NCBI RefSeq assembly: GCF_001194135.2
Contig: NC_068982.1
Location: 37,708,046 to 37,772,045, forward strand
DNA length: 64,000 nt
Direction of reading: 5' to 3'
DNA from: Octopus bimaculoides
Lineage: Eukaryota
Made by a program: the position numbers and the translations under genes. The notes below the pieces were generated by a model that was not told where the DNA came from, ran no database searches, and worked only from the letters and a program-made list of their open reading frames with translations. Within the stretch, counting starts at the first letter, position 1; each line of letters opens with the position of its first letter. Shown one piece after another: positions 51,860 through 64,000 of this stretch.

Positions 51860-52110
51860 ATTTGCAAAGCTCAAGTAAGGTTCCCATTGAAATACTGCTT
51901 ACAGTTATTGAAAGGTGCTGCTGCTACCTGTGCAAATATCTTCGGTTGCATCCAAAAGAAAGCCACCCATCTGATTCTCAAAGATTTAATTACTGAAATG
52001 CTTCAACCACAAGCTCACAGACATACTGTTTCACTTCTTCCATTGCCAATACAATGGCTTCTTTGCATACCTGCCCCCTTTCAAGTTCACTTATTTCACT
52101 TTCATCTCCA
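51860..52110 (+). mobile_element. Decayed CR1/L2/Jockey-group LINE C-terminal fragment
   Basis: MKYCLQLLKGAA…IQKKATHLI…LQPQAHRHTVS resembles MEYCSHIWxGA…VQKRAxRLI…LQPLSHRRxVA. Confidence 0.65.
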
Positions 52111-52152
52111 CCTTCCATTTCCCTTACTGTCTTTCCAGTCCTAATCTAAATT

Positions 52153-52206
<54 letters not shown>

Positions 52207-52209
<3 letters not shown>

Positions 52210-53428
52210 GATGTAACAGGTAAATTTGAACAAGTTTCAAATGGATATATTTCTAATTGTATAGATTTTGTTTGTAATAATCCCTTGTACTTTCTTTTTT
52301 TTCTGTTTGAACAAATTATAAATGTTAATAAAGAATTAAACCATAGAAGTATAATTGCCAAATTATTCCATGCCAGCAAAAGTTAGAGCCACAAAGTATG
52401 CCAAATCTACTGTTTTTAGAGTTGTAGCTTATTTGAAGAAAAATCAGGTTGTTCAGAGAAAGATTCAAAGTCCTTGCAGTGACCAAAAATGCACACCTTA
52501 CTTCTTAACAGGACTTAAAAGGTTGATTGAGTTGAACCCATCAAAATCAACGGCAAAGTTGGTTCACGGTCAAGGAATCAGTAAAATGACCATTTCCAGG
52601 GCTGTTGGACAAGACATCCATATGAAATTGTGTGTGAGGAGACAATGTAACCTCCTCACTACCTGCTCCAAAGCCATTTGAGGCAAAAGAAGTCCCAAAT
52701 TTCTTAGTCATCTGAAGCATTGAGGCAGTGAAATCTATTTTCATAGATGAAAATTAGTTTGTAGTAGACGAAATTATAATCCATCAAAACTCATGAGTCA
52801 TAGTGTACAATCCTTCCCAAGTTCCTTCAGCTATGCATAGCAAGAATTCAGCTTCCATTAGGGTCTTTGGAGCTGTTGCAAGTGATGGGAAATTGATGCC
52901 TCCTCATTTTATTGAAGTGGGTCTTAAAACCAATACAGTAGAGTGTCTCAAAGAAGTTTTGTTGCCTTGGATTAGGAAGCATTTTGACGCAAGTTGAGTC
53001 GTGTTAGCACAGGACTCCGCACCCACCTATTCTTTGAAAAGATTGCAAGAATTTTTGAAGAAGGAATTGACCATGTTTGTCCCTAAAGATATCTGGCCCT
53101 CTAGCTTGTCAGATTTGAATCCATGTGATGTTTGGCTATGGGGCACAGTTGAAACACTATCCAACGCAACTTCTCACAACTGTGTGTCTTCACTGAAGGC
53201 TTCGATCAAGTGAGCATTTGGCAAAATGAAAAAGGAAGGCATGCATATCATTTTCTTAACAGATTGAACTGGTAAAGAAAGCAAATGGTGGTCACATTGA
53301 ACTGAAATAATTGCTAAACACTCCACAATAGATTGGCATAAACATAAAAATTGCCATGTTTGATTTTTCCAGTTATATACCAATTATAATAAAGATATTT
53401 AAATGGTCCCAATTTACCTGTTACCCCC

Positions 53429-53431
<3 letters not shown>
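52207..53431 (+). mobile_element. Tc1/mariner DD37D (maT) transposon, full length, transposase inactivated
   Basis: Imperfect TIRs share CAGG…TAACAGGTAAATT, TA on both sides. Remnant FIDE (first D), then QDSAP…SLSDLNPCD with 37 residues counted between the second and third D. Several stops and frameshifts. Confidence 0.9.
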
Positions 53432-53476
<45 letters not shown>

Positions 53477-53587
53477 TAAATTTGATTAGAGAGTGTGTTA
53501 ACCTCATGAAGGGATGGTTTCGTCCAAGGTAATACTGATTCAATACCTAGTATTTTGGGGGAATTAATTTCCTTAATATAATACGTA

Positions 53588-53810
53588 CAGTAATCCCTCA
53601 CCATATCACAGTTCACCTATCGTGGTTTATGATTAAGCTTATGTCAATTTCTCCGTGGTGTTGTTTTGCATTTATAATAAAATAAATATGTACAAATTAT
53701 AAAAATAATTAAAAAAAATATACAGTACGGTACTGTTTCTACTTCGCACATTTTCACATATTGTGGTGGGGTTTGGGAATGTAACTCCCACGATAGTCAA
53801 GGGATTACTG
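53588..53810. mobile_element. Tigger/pogo-like MITE
   Basis: TIR CAGTAATCCCT at the left and AGGGATTACTG at the right. Left flank TA, right flank TG; AT-rich non-coding interior. Confidence 0.75.
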
Positions 53811-53943
53811 TGTATATAATATATAAAAACATATAGTCTTTATTCATATAAAAGAAGAAAATGGAAATTGGGAAGTTAATTGTTTATTATTAACAGCAAA
53901 TTAATCAAACAGCTGTTTCAATTATATATGTATATATATATAC

Positions 53944-54480
53944 ATCATCATCATTGTTTAACATCCGCTTTCCATGTTGGCATGGGTTGGACAGTGTGAC
54001 AGAAGACTGGTAAGCCAGGAGGGAGGCTGCACCAGGTTTCAATCTGTTCGGGCAAGGTTTCGACAGCAGGATGCCCTTCCTAACACCAACCACCCAGAGA
54101 GTGTAGTGGGTGCTTTTTACATGCCAGTGATATGGGGGCCAGTCTGGTGACACTGGCATCAACCATGCTTGAATGGTGTGTTTTACATGCCACCAGCACA
54201 GGAGCCAGTCTGGCAGCGTTGGTATTGACCATGCTCGAATGGGGCATTTTACATGCCACCAGCACAGGAGCCAGTCAGGCAGCACTGGCATTGGTCATGC
54301 TCGAATGGTGCCTCTTTCATGCCACCAGCATGGGTGCCAGTTGACAGGTGGTACTGGCATCAGCCATGACAATGATTTCACCTGACTCAACAGGTCTTGT
54401 CAAGCACAGCATATTGCCCAATGATTGAAGGGTACTTTTAAATGGGCCAGTTATGTGACACTGGCATCAGCCATGGATAC
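53944..54480 (-). mobile_element. RTE 3' UTR copy with four 66-bp subrepeats
   Basis: Period 66 (54115, 54181, 54247, 54313). An ORF-terminal remnant (gtcttgtcaagcacagc) lies at the right end. Confidence 0.85.
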
Positions 54481-54779
54481 AATCTCACAATCTGTGTAGC
54501 GGTGTCATATGTATAATTTGTAGTTACATAGAGCTGTGACCATTGGTCTGTTTTCTTTCTATAAAGGATAAAGTTGTGTGTGTGTGTGTGTGTGGGGGGG
54601 GGTTATGTTAGCATGTGTGTGTAATGTGTATGTGGGGGATCTGTGTATATGTGGAGGTACAATATGTGTGAAGGGGTATGTGTTGGTGGGGAGGCAGTTT
54701 TTCTTGTGGGTAGTCCACCTTATAGGGATGTGTGCTTGTGTGTACATGGGTACCATGGTGTCTGCTTTGGTCAAACACT

Positions 54780-54812
<33 letters not shown>

Positions 54813-55257
54813 GGTAAGCAACTAACAGTTAATATAATATAAACTTCACTATCACAAGATAGAAAATCAAATAGAACTGCCTAAAAGAGTAAAATCCCAT
54901 ATCTGTTGTACTTGTTAATATATAACATTAAGTTTATATCTGTGTGTGTGTGTGTGTGTTGTTAATTCTTGCACAAATTCTTACACAAATCATAAGGATC
55001 CATATGGCTGATAGCCAATTCTGTTATCTGCAGTGTTAAGTTGATGGAAGATAAATCCCCCCTTCCTATTGGATAAAATACTAGTCTATTGCTTGTATTC
55101 TTTTCATTATTGCCTGGTCTATATTTCCCCCTAGATAAGTTAACTGAGGCAATGTGGAATTAAATATTTTGTCAGAAACACAGCCAAAACAACTGCAGTA
55201 CATTTGAACTCAGAGACTTTATGCTGACAGTCCAATTCTGTGTGTGTATGTGTGTGA

Positions 55258-55290
<33 letters not shown>

Positions 55291-56477
55291 AGTGAGAGAT
55301 GGAGTTGATTGTACACTGGAGTTATTCTCTGCAAGTCTGCAATTCACCACCAACTTTTTATTCATTCATTTCTTGAGATTGGGTCAACATTTGGTTTTAA
55401 GAGGGTCTAATTCAATGTCTGTTAGTTGTACTTCAGCTTTTCTTCACAGAGGTTTAGCCTACATCATCTTCTGTTGGAGTTTATGCCTTTGAACAATCAA
55501 AAGACATGTTCCCACCAAGGGTTTGAATTCAGCATTGCATACTATTAAAACATTCATCACTTATTTATCCACTAGTCTTACAGCCTGCCAAGAATGGCTT
55601 ATACCCCTTTATTTGCTGCTAGTGTACTGGGCTATTAAGAATCAAGTATTTGTCAGAGACAAAGCACAGTACGTATGCGTTACAAACTGCTAATGTTGGG
55701 AGGGGTTAGTCAACATCCTATCACTTAGATTATTTGTGATCCTAGCTCACAAAAGTCTGATTAGTAATTAGTTCATGTAAAAACTGCAATTGAGAGTGAA
55801 ATTGCATTACGTATATAGAGTTCAAAACTATAACATATTATGGTGGCACTCTGGTCATTTCAAGTAACTACCTAAAAGAATACCAGAGGTATAGATTTTA
55901 TGAATGATTAATTATACAATTATTAATATTATATTAAGTCTGGCAAGCACCATAGTGTAGATGGTAAGCTCCTCGTGAACTGGGTTTTTGTTTCAGTTTT
56001 GATTTCTTTCTGGTTGAACTATTTCTCTTACTCTGATAATGTTCTTAGAAGAGGGATGAGTGTTACAACTTCCTGGAATTCATCAGGTTTTTTTTATCTT
56101 TTAATGGATACCTGCTCTCAAAATGTCAAGTAATTCTTTGTGTTTATTATACTACTGTGTGGAATGAACAAATATTTATCATTATCATATCAAGTAGGTA
56201 TATCTAGGTATCTACAAACATTGGTGTTAATTTAGAATATACACAGATTAGATCAGAGGAGGTGGGTTCACTTCTTGTTGGAAATTTAGTATTTTACAAC
56301 TCTATTTGTTTTTATCTGATCTGTGGTTCAGTTGTTAGTAAGAGAATGTTCATTGTTTTCTAGACATCACATGTTGAGAATATCCTGTGTACTTTAACGG
56401 TTATACTGCAAAAATATATGCATACATGAATGTGTGTGTGTTTTTGAGAGCTACCTAAAATGATTGTTTCAGATTTT

Positions 56478-57123
56478 GGCAAAGGCTAGAAGTTTTAAGG
56501 GGAGAGGATTAATTGATTACATCAACTCAGTACTTAATTGGCACTTTTTTTTTATTAACCTCAGAAAGGTAAAGTTGACTTTGACAGGATTTGAACTCAG
56601 AACACACAGTCAGAAGAAATGCTGCCAAGTATTTTATCTGATGCTCTAACAATTCTATCAGCTCTCTGTCTGAAATAAATGGTTTCTAATTGTAGACACA
56701 AGGCCAGCAATTTGAAGGGAACAGGGTTAAGATGATCAACCTTTTAGTACTTGACTAGGTGGTGAGCTGGCAAAATCATTAATACATTGGGCAAAATGCT
56801 TAGTGACATTTTGCCTGTCTTTGATTCTGGATTCAAATGCTGTCAAAGTTGACTTTATCTTTCATTTTTTTGGGGTTGATAAAATAAGTACCAGCTGAGT
56901 ACTGAAGTTGATGCAATCAACTTACCCCTCCCCCAAAATTGCTGGCCTTATGCCGAAATCTGAAACCAACTTTAGTACTTGACCGATACTTTGTTTTATC
57001 AACCCCGAAGGATGAAAGGCAAAGTTAACCTCAGCAGTATTTGATCTCAGAAAGTAAAGAGCTGGAACAAGTACCACAAGACATGTTCTCTGACGGTCTA
57101 ATGATTCTTCTAGCTTGTTGCTT
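56478..57123. mobile_element. Cluster of three SINE family A copies, one nested in opposite orientation
   Basis: Minus copy at 56478-56670. A minus copy at 56690-57123 is split by a plus copy at 56757-56970, with TSD TTTAGTACTTGAC (56743-56755, 56971-56983). Confidence 0.85.
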
Positions 57124-57918
57124 TAATAATGATGATAATGATAATTTTAAATCACATCCAATGACTTCTGTGTTTTCCAGTACCAATTATTTCATGAAAC
57201 TATATTATTATTTTTTCATCAAAACTTTAACCTGCTTAGAAAAAAAAACAACAACAAAAAAAAAAAAACATTTCGAACAATTGAAACATTCTCCATCTAT
57301 GGCTTTAATCAATTGCATTCTGGGAGAACTAGTGGTAGCTCTCTACTATGAACAATTACCATCTGTGTGTGTGTGTGTGTGTGTACTGAATATAATGATG
57401 AAGAAATTTCTTTATTCTTTCACTCATTTTTTAATATTTTTCCTTTTTAAGTGTCATTAAATTGTGTTGTGAAAAATTATCTGAATGATGATAGTAAAAT
57501 GGATTGTGAGAAAATTATCCACAGAAAAACAAACAAAATCTTTAAATGAATAACCAAAAAAAAAAATTAAAAAAATAAAAACCAAAAAAGTAGTGTCTAG
57601 ACAACAATCTCTTTTCATTGCATCATTGCTCAGTGTCTGATTGTTATTTCTATGGATTATTCTTAGGTTATTCTAGCATTACATCATTACAGAGGATTGC
57701 TATATACAGTCATATTCAGAAGATTGTTACACCTCTGTCCTTAGATAACCCAAAACTACATCCCCAATCCATCAATGCAGATACTGTTTCACCATTTATT
57801 GTTGTCAAGGAGGTGTCTCGTACTACTGTTATTGTTACGAAAACACTGTCTCTTGGCTCTTTTCCTTCAGTAGTCATGTTTTGTTTGTTTATTATGTTAT
57901 TTGTTTTTCATTGCTAGT

Positions 57919-57976
57919 TTACGTCACAAAGAAAAAAAAAATCAATGTGACGTCAATTAGTTACCGGCGCTATAAG
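57919..57976 (+). promoter_or_regulatory. Candidate CRE-containing promoter/enhancer
   Basis: TTACGTCA (57919-57926), perfect TGACGTCA (57948-57955) and TATAAG (57971-57976). Four CpGs in about 55 bp of non-repeat DNA. Confidence 0.3.
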
Positions 57977-59279
57977 CATCTACTAAAATGCAATCTTTAC
58001 CATCATGTGCTGCTTGTCATAAGCACAGCTGTAAATTGCTACAATTGGAAGATGGCTTTTTTCCCTTCTGTTTTGTTCTCTGATTTATACATACAAATAG
58101 ACATATATTCATTTGTATGTGTTTATGTGTGTCTGTTTATGTGAGTGTGTGCTTATGTGTATGTGTATGCATGTGTACATGACATATACACATCTACATG
58201 AATATACATACACACACATATACTCATAAGCAGCCACATGCAGATATAAGCAGAAATGCACACACACACACATACATACACAATTATATGTGTATATATT
58301 TTCATTCATTTTCCCTTTTCTTCTACCCCACCCACCTTTCCATTTTTTTTACCATTAATTTTCATTATTCTTATTATTGTTATTCTTCTTTCATTGTCTC
58401 TGCTACTCAGTTCCTCCTTTGGGTGTGCCACCACTACCAGTTCCTCTCTTGTCTCCCCTTCACTGCTGCTCTACAGTAATTCTTTCACTGTTTCTATCTT
58501 TCTTCTGTATCTCTGCTCTGCCTGTCTCTTTCCTGTGCATCTTCTTTCTTGTGTGCGTGTGTGTGTTTATCAATATTGCTCAAGTGAGAAGCACAACATC
58601 TTGTATTGGTGCAGGGCTATATATCTATCTGTCTCTTACTCTCTCTCTCCCTCAGTCTCTTGTTCACAGCCGCTCACTCACGTATGTATCATTGCTTCTT
58701 TCTTTTTTTAATCTCCATTTTTTTTACTCTGTTTGAGTTTCAGGGGTAAAGGCTGTTTCATTCCCTTTTTTAAACCTTCTTACTGGTACACTCTTTCATT
58801 TCCTCCTTAAAAAAGATACTTGATGACACATTCCACAAAATTTGACCTTTCCTCCCCTTTCTCTCCTCCTTAATCCTACCATGATTTCTCAATATCACTC
58901 TCCCTATTCTCTGTCATGTTTCAGTATAAATTATACAGTTGATTTACATTTGACCTCTCTTAAATATGAAATGTCCTCCAAGTAATTATACATACATACA
59001 AGTATATACATACATACAAGTATATACATACACATACACACAAACATATATATATATATTTATAAGAAATAAAAAATTTAAATGGTTCTCTAATGTTCTC
59101 TGTGTGACTATATATACATATATGTATATATTGGTAGTATAGGTAGATGTATATAAATGTATCGGTATATATATATTTATCTCTGTATGTATATATATGT
59201 GTCTGTGTGTAAATGTATATATATTTGTGTCAATATATTTATATATACATATTTATGTGTGTGTGTGTGTGTGTATGTA

Positions 59280-59342
<63 letters not shown>

Positions 59343-60452
59343 ATTATATATATAATATATATATAGTAGTCTATTATAATCAAACATTTTAATGATTCTG
59401 AGAAGTGCAACATCTATTTCTTCCATCTGTAATTTTTCTATAATAATAAAGTCTTTTGAACATTTTTTCATCATCCATTTGCATTCGTTCCACCTAATAT
59501 TTTCCCCACATCTCTTTCTCCTCCAAATCTTTCTGCATCTTCTACTGATCTCATACACTGTAAATGACTGCCACTATCTGTGATGCAATCATTGGGTATG
59601 TATGTGTATGTCTGTATATGTGAGTGTGTGTGTATCTCTGTATGTCTGCATGTGTGTGTGTGTATGTGTGTGCATGTGTGTGTGTATGTCTGTGTGTGCA
59701 TGTGTGTGTGTGCGTGCATGTCTGTGTGTCTGTGTATATGTTCTCAATTTCTAGCATTAGGTATATTTACTCAGGCAGTGAAAGACAGTTATTGATTTGT
59801 TATTGAAAGGTAAGAATGGTATTGTTGAATATGCCTCTGTATTGGTAAAGCTCTTAACACAATGTGATTGATATTGGCAAGTCATTCGCAATTCTAGTGT
59901 GTCCTTTCTAGTCAGGTAAGAGCATTATCTCTATCTGCAAAACCTAAACATACTGTTAACTCTTTAAAAAAAAAAAAAAAAAAAGAAGCAATTACAGCAG
60001 TGACTGCAAGTCACCTCCTTGCATCTGTTCTATGTCATTTGATTTATCATGCTGAAGTAAGAGAGACCTAGTGATAGCCTTAGAAAAAAAAGAAGAAAAA
60101 AAAAGAAAAAACACCCGATTTCCAAACAGATTTACTACAGGATTTAAATCTTTGTTAATTATTAGCATTTACAAAACAAAAAGAAAAAAAAAACAGAAAG
60201 GGTGGGTGTAATTTTTAGGTGATTTAATATTTTGTCTTATTTCATCTCTTTGCGTTTTTCTGATACTACAGATGATTATTTCCTTTGGCTTTCTATTTTG
60301 TCGATTGTGATCACTCATACACCATAATATAATATGATGTATGTTTGTAGCTGTGGAAATAAATCTGTGTGCTTAAGTGAAATGATGAATGGCACATACA
60401 ATTTTTTTTAAATTGCCTCTTCATTCATTCTACTTCTCTTTCTGTGTGTGTG

Positions 60453-60535
<83 letters not shown>

Positions 60536-61062
60536 ATATATATATATATATATAATATCAGACTGCTTATTCAGAAATGTTGCAAAAGCATCATTTTATT
60601 TTTCTCCATTTTTCTGTCTATCCTATCAATCTTCAGACATTTCAGTTTGATTTCACTGCATTTCCAAAATGCCAGAGTAGAAAAGTCTATGTATATATAC
60701 ACACACACACACACACACAGAGAAATAGCAAAAACAATTAATAGCAGCTGAACACTGAACCGTTACTGTTGTAGTTGTTGCTGTTACTGTTATTAATGAT
60801 GATGATCATAGGTATGCTGTTTAAAACAGGGATCAACATTGAAAATGGCATTTGTGTTTATTGCAGTCATACCAGTCGTGTTACCTTTGATTGCCTACAT
60901 CTTGTGTGCATCATCCATGTGTGTCTGGTTACTTTCATCTGTCAAATCTACTGAATTGTCAGTTAGCATAAGATCTTTCTCTCTCTTTCTTATTCTCCCT
61001 TTCATGTATGTATATGTGCATACACACACAAATATACATACATGCACACACATATGTGTGTT

Positions 61063-61108
<46 letters not shown>

Positions 61109-61596
61109 CATACATTGATGCATACATAGTATGTTTGTAGGAGCAGTAACTGATCACATCAATGGACTCCTAATATGTATATATATACATGTATGTACAC
61201 ATATATGTATGTGTGTGCATATATATACCATCCTCATCATCATCATTGTGTATACCTATACAAATACATACACACACACACGTACACACACACACATACA
61301 CATACATACACATAAAATATATATGAATTATATTTTTCATATTTAGTTGTATCAGTTTCAATAAGATCTCTCTCATTCTCCTTTTCATGTGTGTATGTAT
61401 GTATATATGGTGTGTGTGTGTTTATTGATAATCAAATATATACTCATTTTTGTTTTTAGCCCTATTTTCCTGTTTGCAGCACTAAAAACACACACACACA
61501 CACACTCATACATACACACACACACACGAATTAAATATTTCTCATTTTAGGTTATGTGTATATATCTACATATGTGCTCATGTGTATGAATATGTA

Positions 61597-61600
<4 letters not shown>

Positions 61601-61687
<87 letters not shown>
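61601..61687. repeat. (TA)n microsatellite
   Basis: Pure run; similar runs near 27925, 31170, 52170, 53432 and 60461. Confidence 0.97.
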
Positions 61688-61689
<2 letters not shown>

Positions 61690-63641
61690 GTATAGGTGTG
61701 TATGGTGGGATATATAATGGTAAATGTATGAAGCATTTATGTATTTGCTCCAAGAACAGACACTATTTGTTTAAAATTATCTATAAAATTATTGATTCAG
61801 ATTAACAAGTTGTCTATTCGAGTGTGTTAAGCCATTTGATTGGTGTAAGCCAACGTTGCACTCCACTCCCTAATGTTTTGTTACAAAATGAGCATTGCTA
61901 CTTTAATGTCATATCTACTGCTGTTTCTTTTATTGTTAATATTTCTCACATATTGGAGTCTGATACTTTTTGTCTTACTGTTATCCTTACAGTCTGTTCT
62001 TTTTGTTTCACCTTTCCTCATTCCTTGTTCAGATAGAATCCATTCTTTAATTATTTGGATTGAATTTTATGTTCCATTCCAAAGTAATTTCAGGCAATTC
62101 GATATCTCCATATTGGTTGTTGCTGTAGTTGTTTGTTTTGTTGTTGTTGCTGTTGTTGTTGTTGTTGTTGTTGTTCTTCTTCTTCTTCTTCTTCTTCTTC
62201 TTCTCCCCCTCCTCCTCCTCACCATCACCTCTCTTTTTATAAATGGTTCATGGTGAAGCAAAAACAGTAGAGCACCAGACTAAATGTCTTCAAGAATTTA
62301 GTTTTGTTCCCATACGTACTGAGTTCACTAGTGTTATTAACTTTTACATTTCATCTCATTGGAAGCTAATAAAATAAGTATCAGACCTCTACTTGGCTTC
62401 ATTCTCGTTAGTATTTTTCCTCTCCTACAAATTTCTCCCTGGTATCAATGTAAATAAATTTAAAAAAACAAAAACAAAAACAAATAAATAATGAAAAAAT
62501 TATCATTGGATTGCATTTGTTATTATTGTGGAAAGCATCATAGAATAAGCAATATGCTCCCTGCAAGCTATGTCTTTGACCCAGTTTTGATTCTAAGATG
62601 AAGCTATTTCACCTCAATTATGCTGCTAATGCAATTAAGAAAGGCACAAACATTCTACTATCCTATTTGTCATGTTCTGCAGAGCTGAAGGCATTAACAG
62701 AAAAAGAAAAAAAAAGAAAAGAAAAATAGTCATTATTTTTGTTATTTACTGCAGTTTGCTCACAGCCATCAACCTCTGCAGTTTTTGTATGTTGTTCTGT
62801 GCATGTGTATGTGTGTGTTATTGCGATTTCATTGAAAGTATGTCATTTTCATTGACTCTGTTAGTTCCAATGAAAATTAGAACTCCCAAACAGTTCAGTA
62901 CGGTTATGACTTGGTGCAATATGGACAGTATAATTATAGTGAACAAGTCAATTTTACTTAACTCTTCATGAAATTTGTGTAAATCTATGAACTATAATCT
63001 TTATCACCCTCCCTCCTTCCTCCCCTCCCTNNNNNNNNNNNNNNNNNNNNNNNNNNNNNNNNNNNNNNNNNNNNNNNNNNNNNNNNNNNNNNNNNNNNNN
63101 NNNNNNNNNNNNNNNNNNNNNNNNNNNNNNNNNNNNNNNNNNNNNNNNNNNNNNNNNNNNNNNNNNNNNNNNNNNNNNNNNNNNNNNNNNNNNNNNNNNN
63201 NNNNNNNNNNNNNNNNNNNNNNNNNNNNNNNNNNNNNNNNNNNNNNCTCGCCTCCCCCCTGTCGGAATTTCATAATGGAATAAATTTTAAATAATGCTCC
63301 CCCTTCACTAAGTTCTAATTTTAGTTTAAAAGTTAGACTGACGTAAAGAAATAGATATGAATGTGGTTATGTTTTGAAAATCATGTATTTAAAAAAAAAA
63401 AAAAATTCATGATAGTTATTCAAATGGAAATGATTAGATTAATTATAAATTTGTGCTCTTATATATTGATGAAAGCACTTATAAAATAAAGTATTTTGTT
63501 TTAATTTCTTTGATTTAGTGGGACCATATTTTGGTCAAGGTTGAATTTTATAATACAAAGTATGTTATTAAAAAGGAAAAGAAGTCTGTGAATGTTTTAA
63601 GATGTTTTGTAATTTGGTTTGAGATAGGGATGAGCGAATCA

Positions 63642-64000
63642 ATTAGGGAGCGAATCAATTTAGATGAGATGCAGTTTGGGTTCGTGCCAGGTAAAAGCAC
63701 TACTGATGCCTTATTTCTAGTGAGACAGTTGCAAGAGAAATACCTAGCCAAGGATAAACCTCTGTACCTGGCTTTCGTTGACATGGAGAAAGCCTTTGAC
63801 AGGGTCCCCCGATCCCTTATCTGGTGGTCAATGAGGAAACTTGGGATAGAAGAATGGCTAGTGAGAGCTGTGCGAGCCATGTACAGAGATGCGGCCAGTA
63901 AGGTGAGGGTTGGAAATGAGTACAGCAATGAATTCCGGGTAGAGGTAGGGGTCCACCAAGGTTCCGTCCTCAGCCCCCTATTATTTACCATAGTCCTCCA
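63642..64000 (+). mobile_element. Young 5'-truncated RTE LINE, RT region, continues beyond the window
   Basis: Open frame IRERINLDEMQFGFVPGKSTTDALFLVRQLQEKYL…AFVDMEKAFDRVP…GVHQGSVLSPLLF; same family as 48752; CpGs intact. Confidence 0.95.

Noticed and set aside
60839-61000. Hydrophobic ORF start (MKMAFVFIAVIPVVL…) as a signal peptide
   Set aside because: T-rich DNA readily yields hydrophobic frames; the ORF ends in microsatellite and has no recognisable homolog or clear donor.

Overview
AT-rich eukaryotic scaffold with six N gaps, very dense in microsatellites and transposon relics. The SINE/LINE families and microsatellite load resemble an octopod cephalopod (Octopus) genome; this is recognition from memory, not confirmed by a search. 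No host protein-coding gene, rRNA, true tRNA or CRISPR array could be supported. Most ORFs in the supplied track are microsatellite translations, antisense frames of LINE relics or short chance ORFs. Retroelements present: several RTE-clade LINE families, CR1/L2-type relics, Penelope-like relics, two decayed Gypsy elements and at least three tRNA-derived SINE families. DNA elements present: a DD37D (maT) transposon and MITEs. The most interesting structures: (1) a BovB-like RTE with a twin-priming-type 5' inversion inside an (ACAT)n microsatellite; (2) a PHD-like finger embedded in the RT of the dominant RTE family; (3) that family's 3' UTR, which appears as many short GAT-tailed copies, carries 14/26/66-bp VNTRs around one core motif and shares its terminus with a SINE; (4) perfect fold-back palindromes inside LINE relics; (5) several nested insertions with readable target-site duplications.
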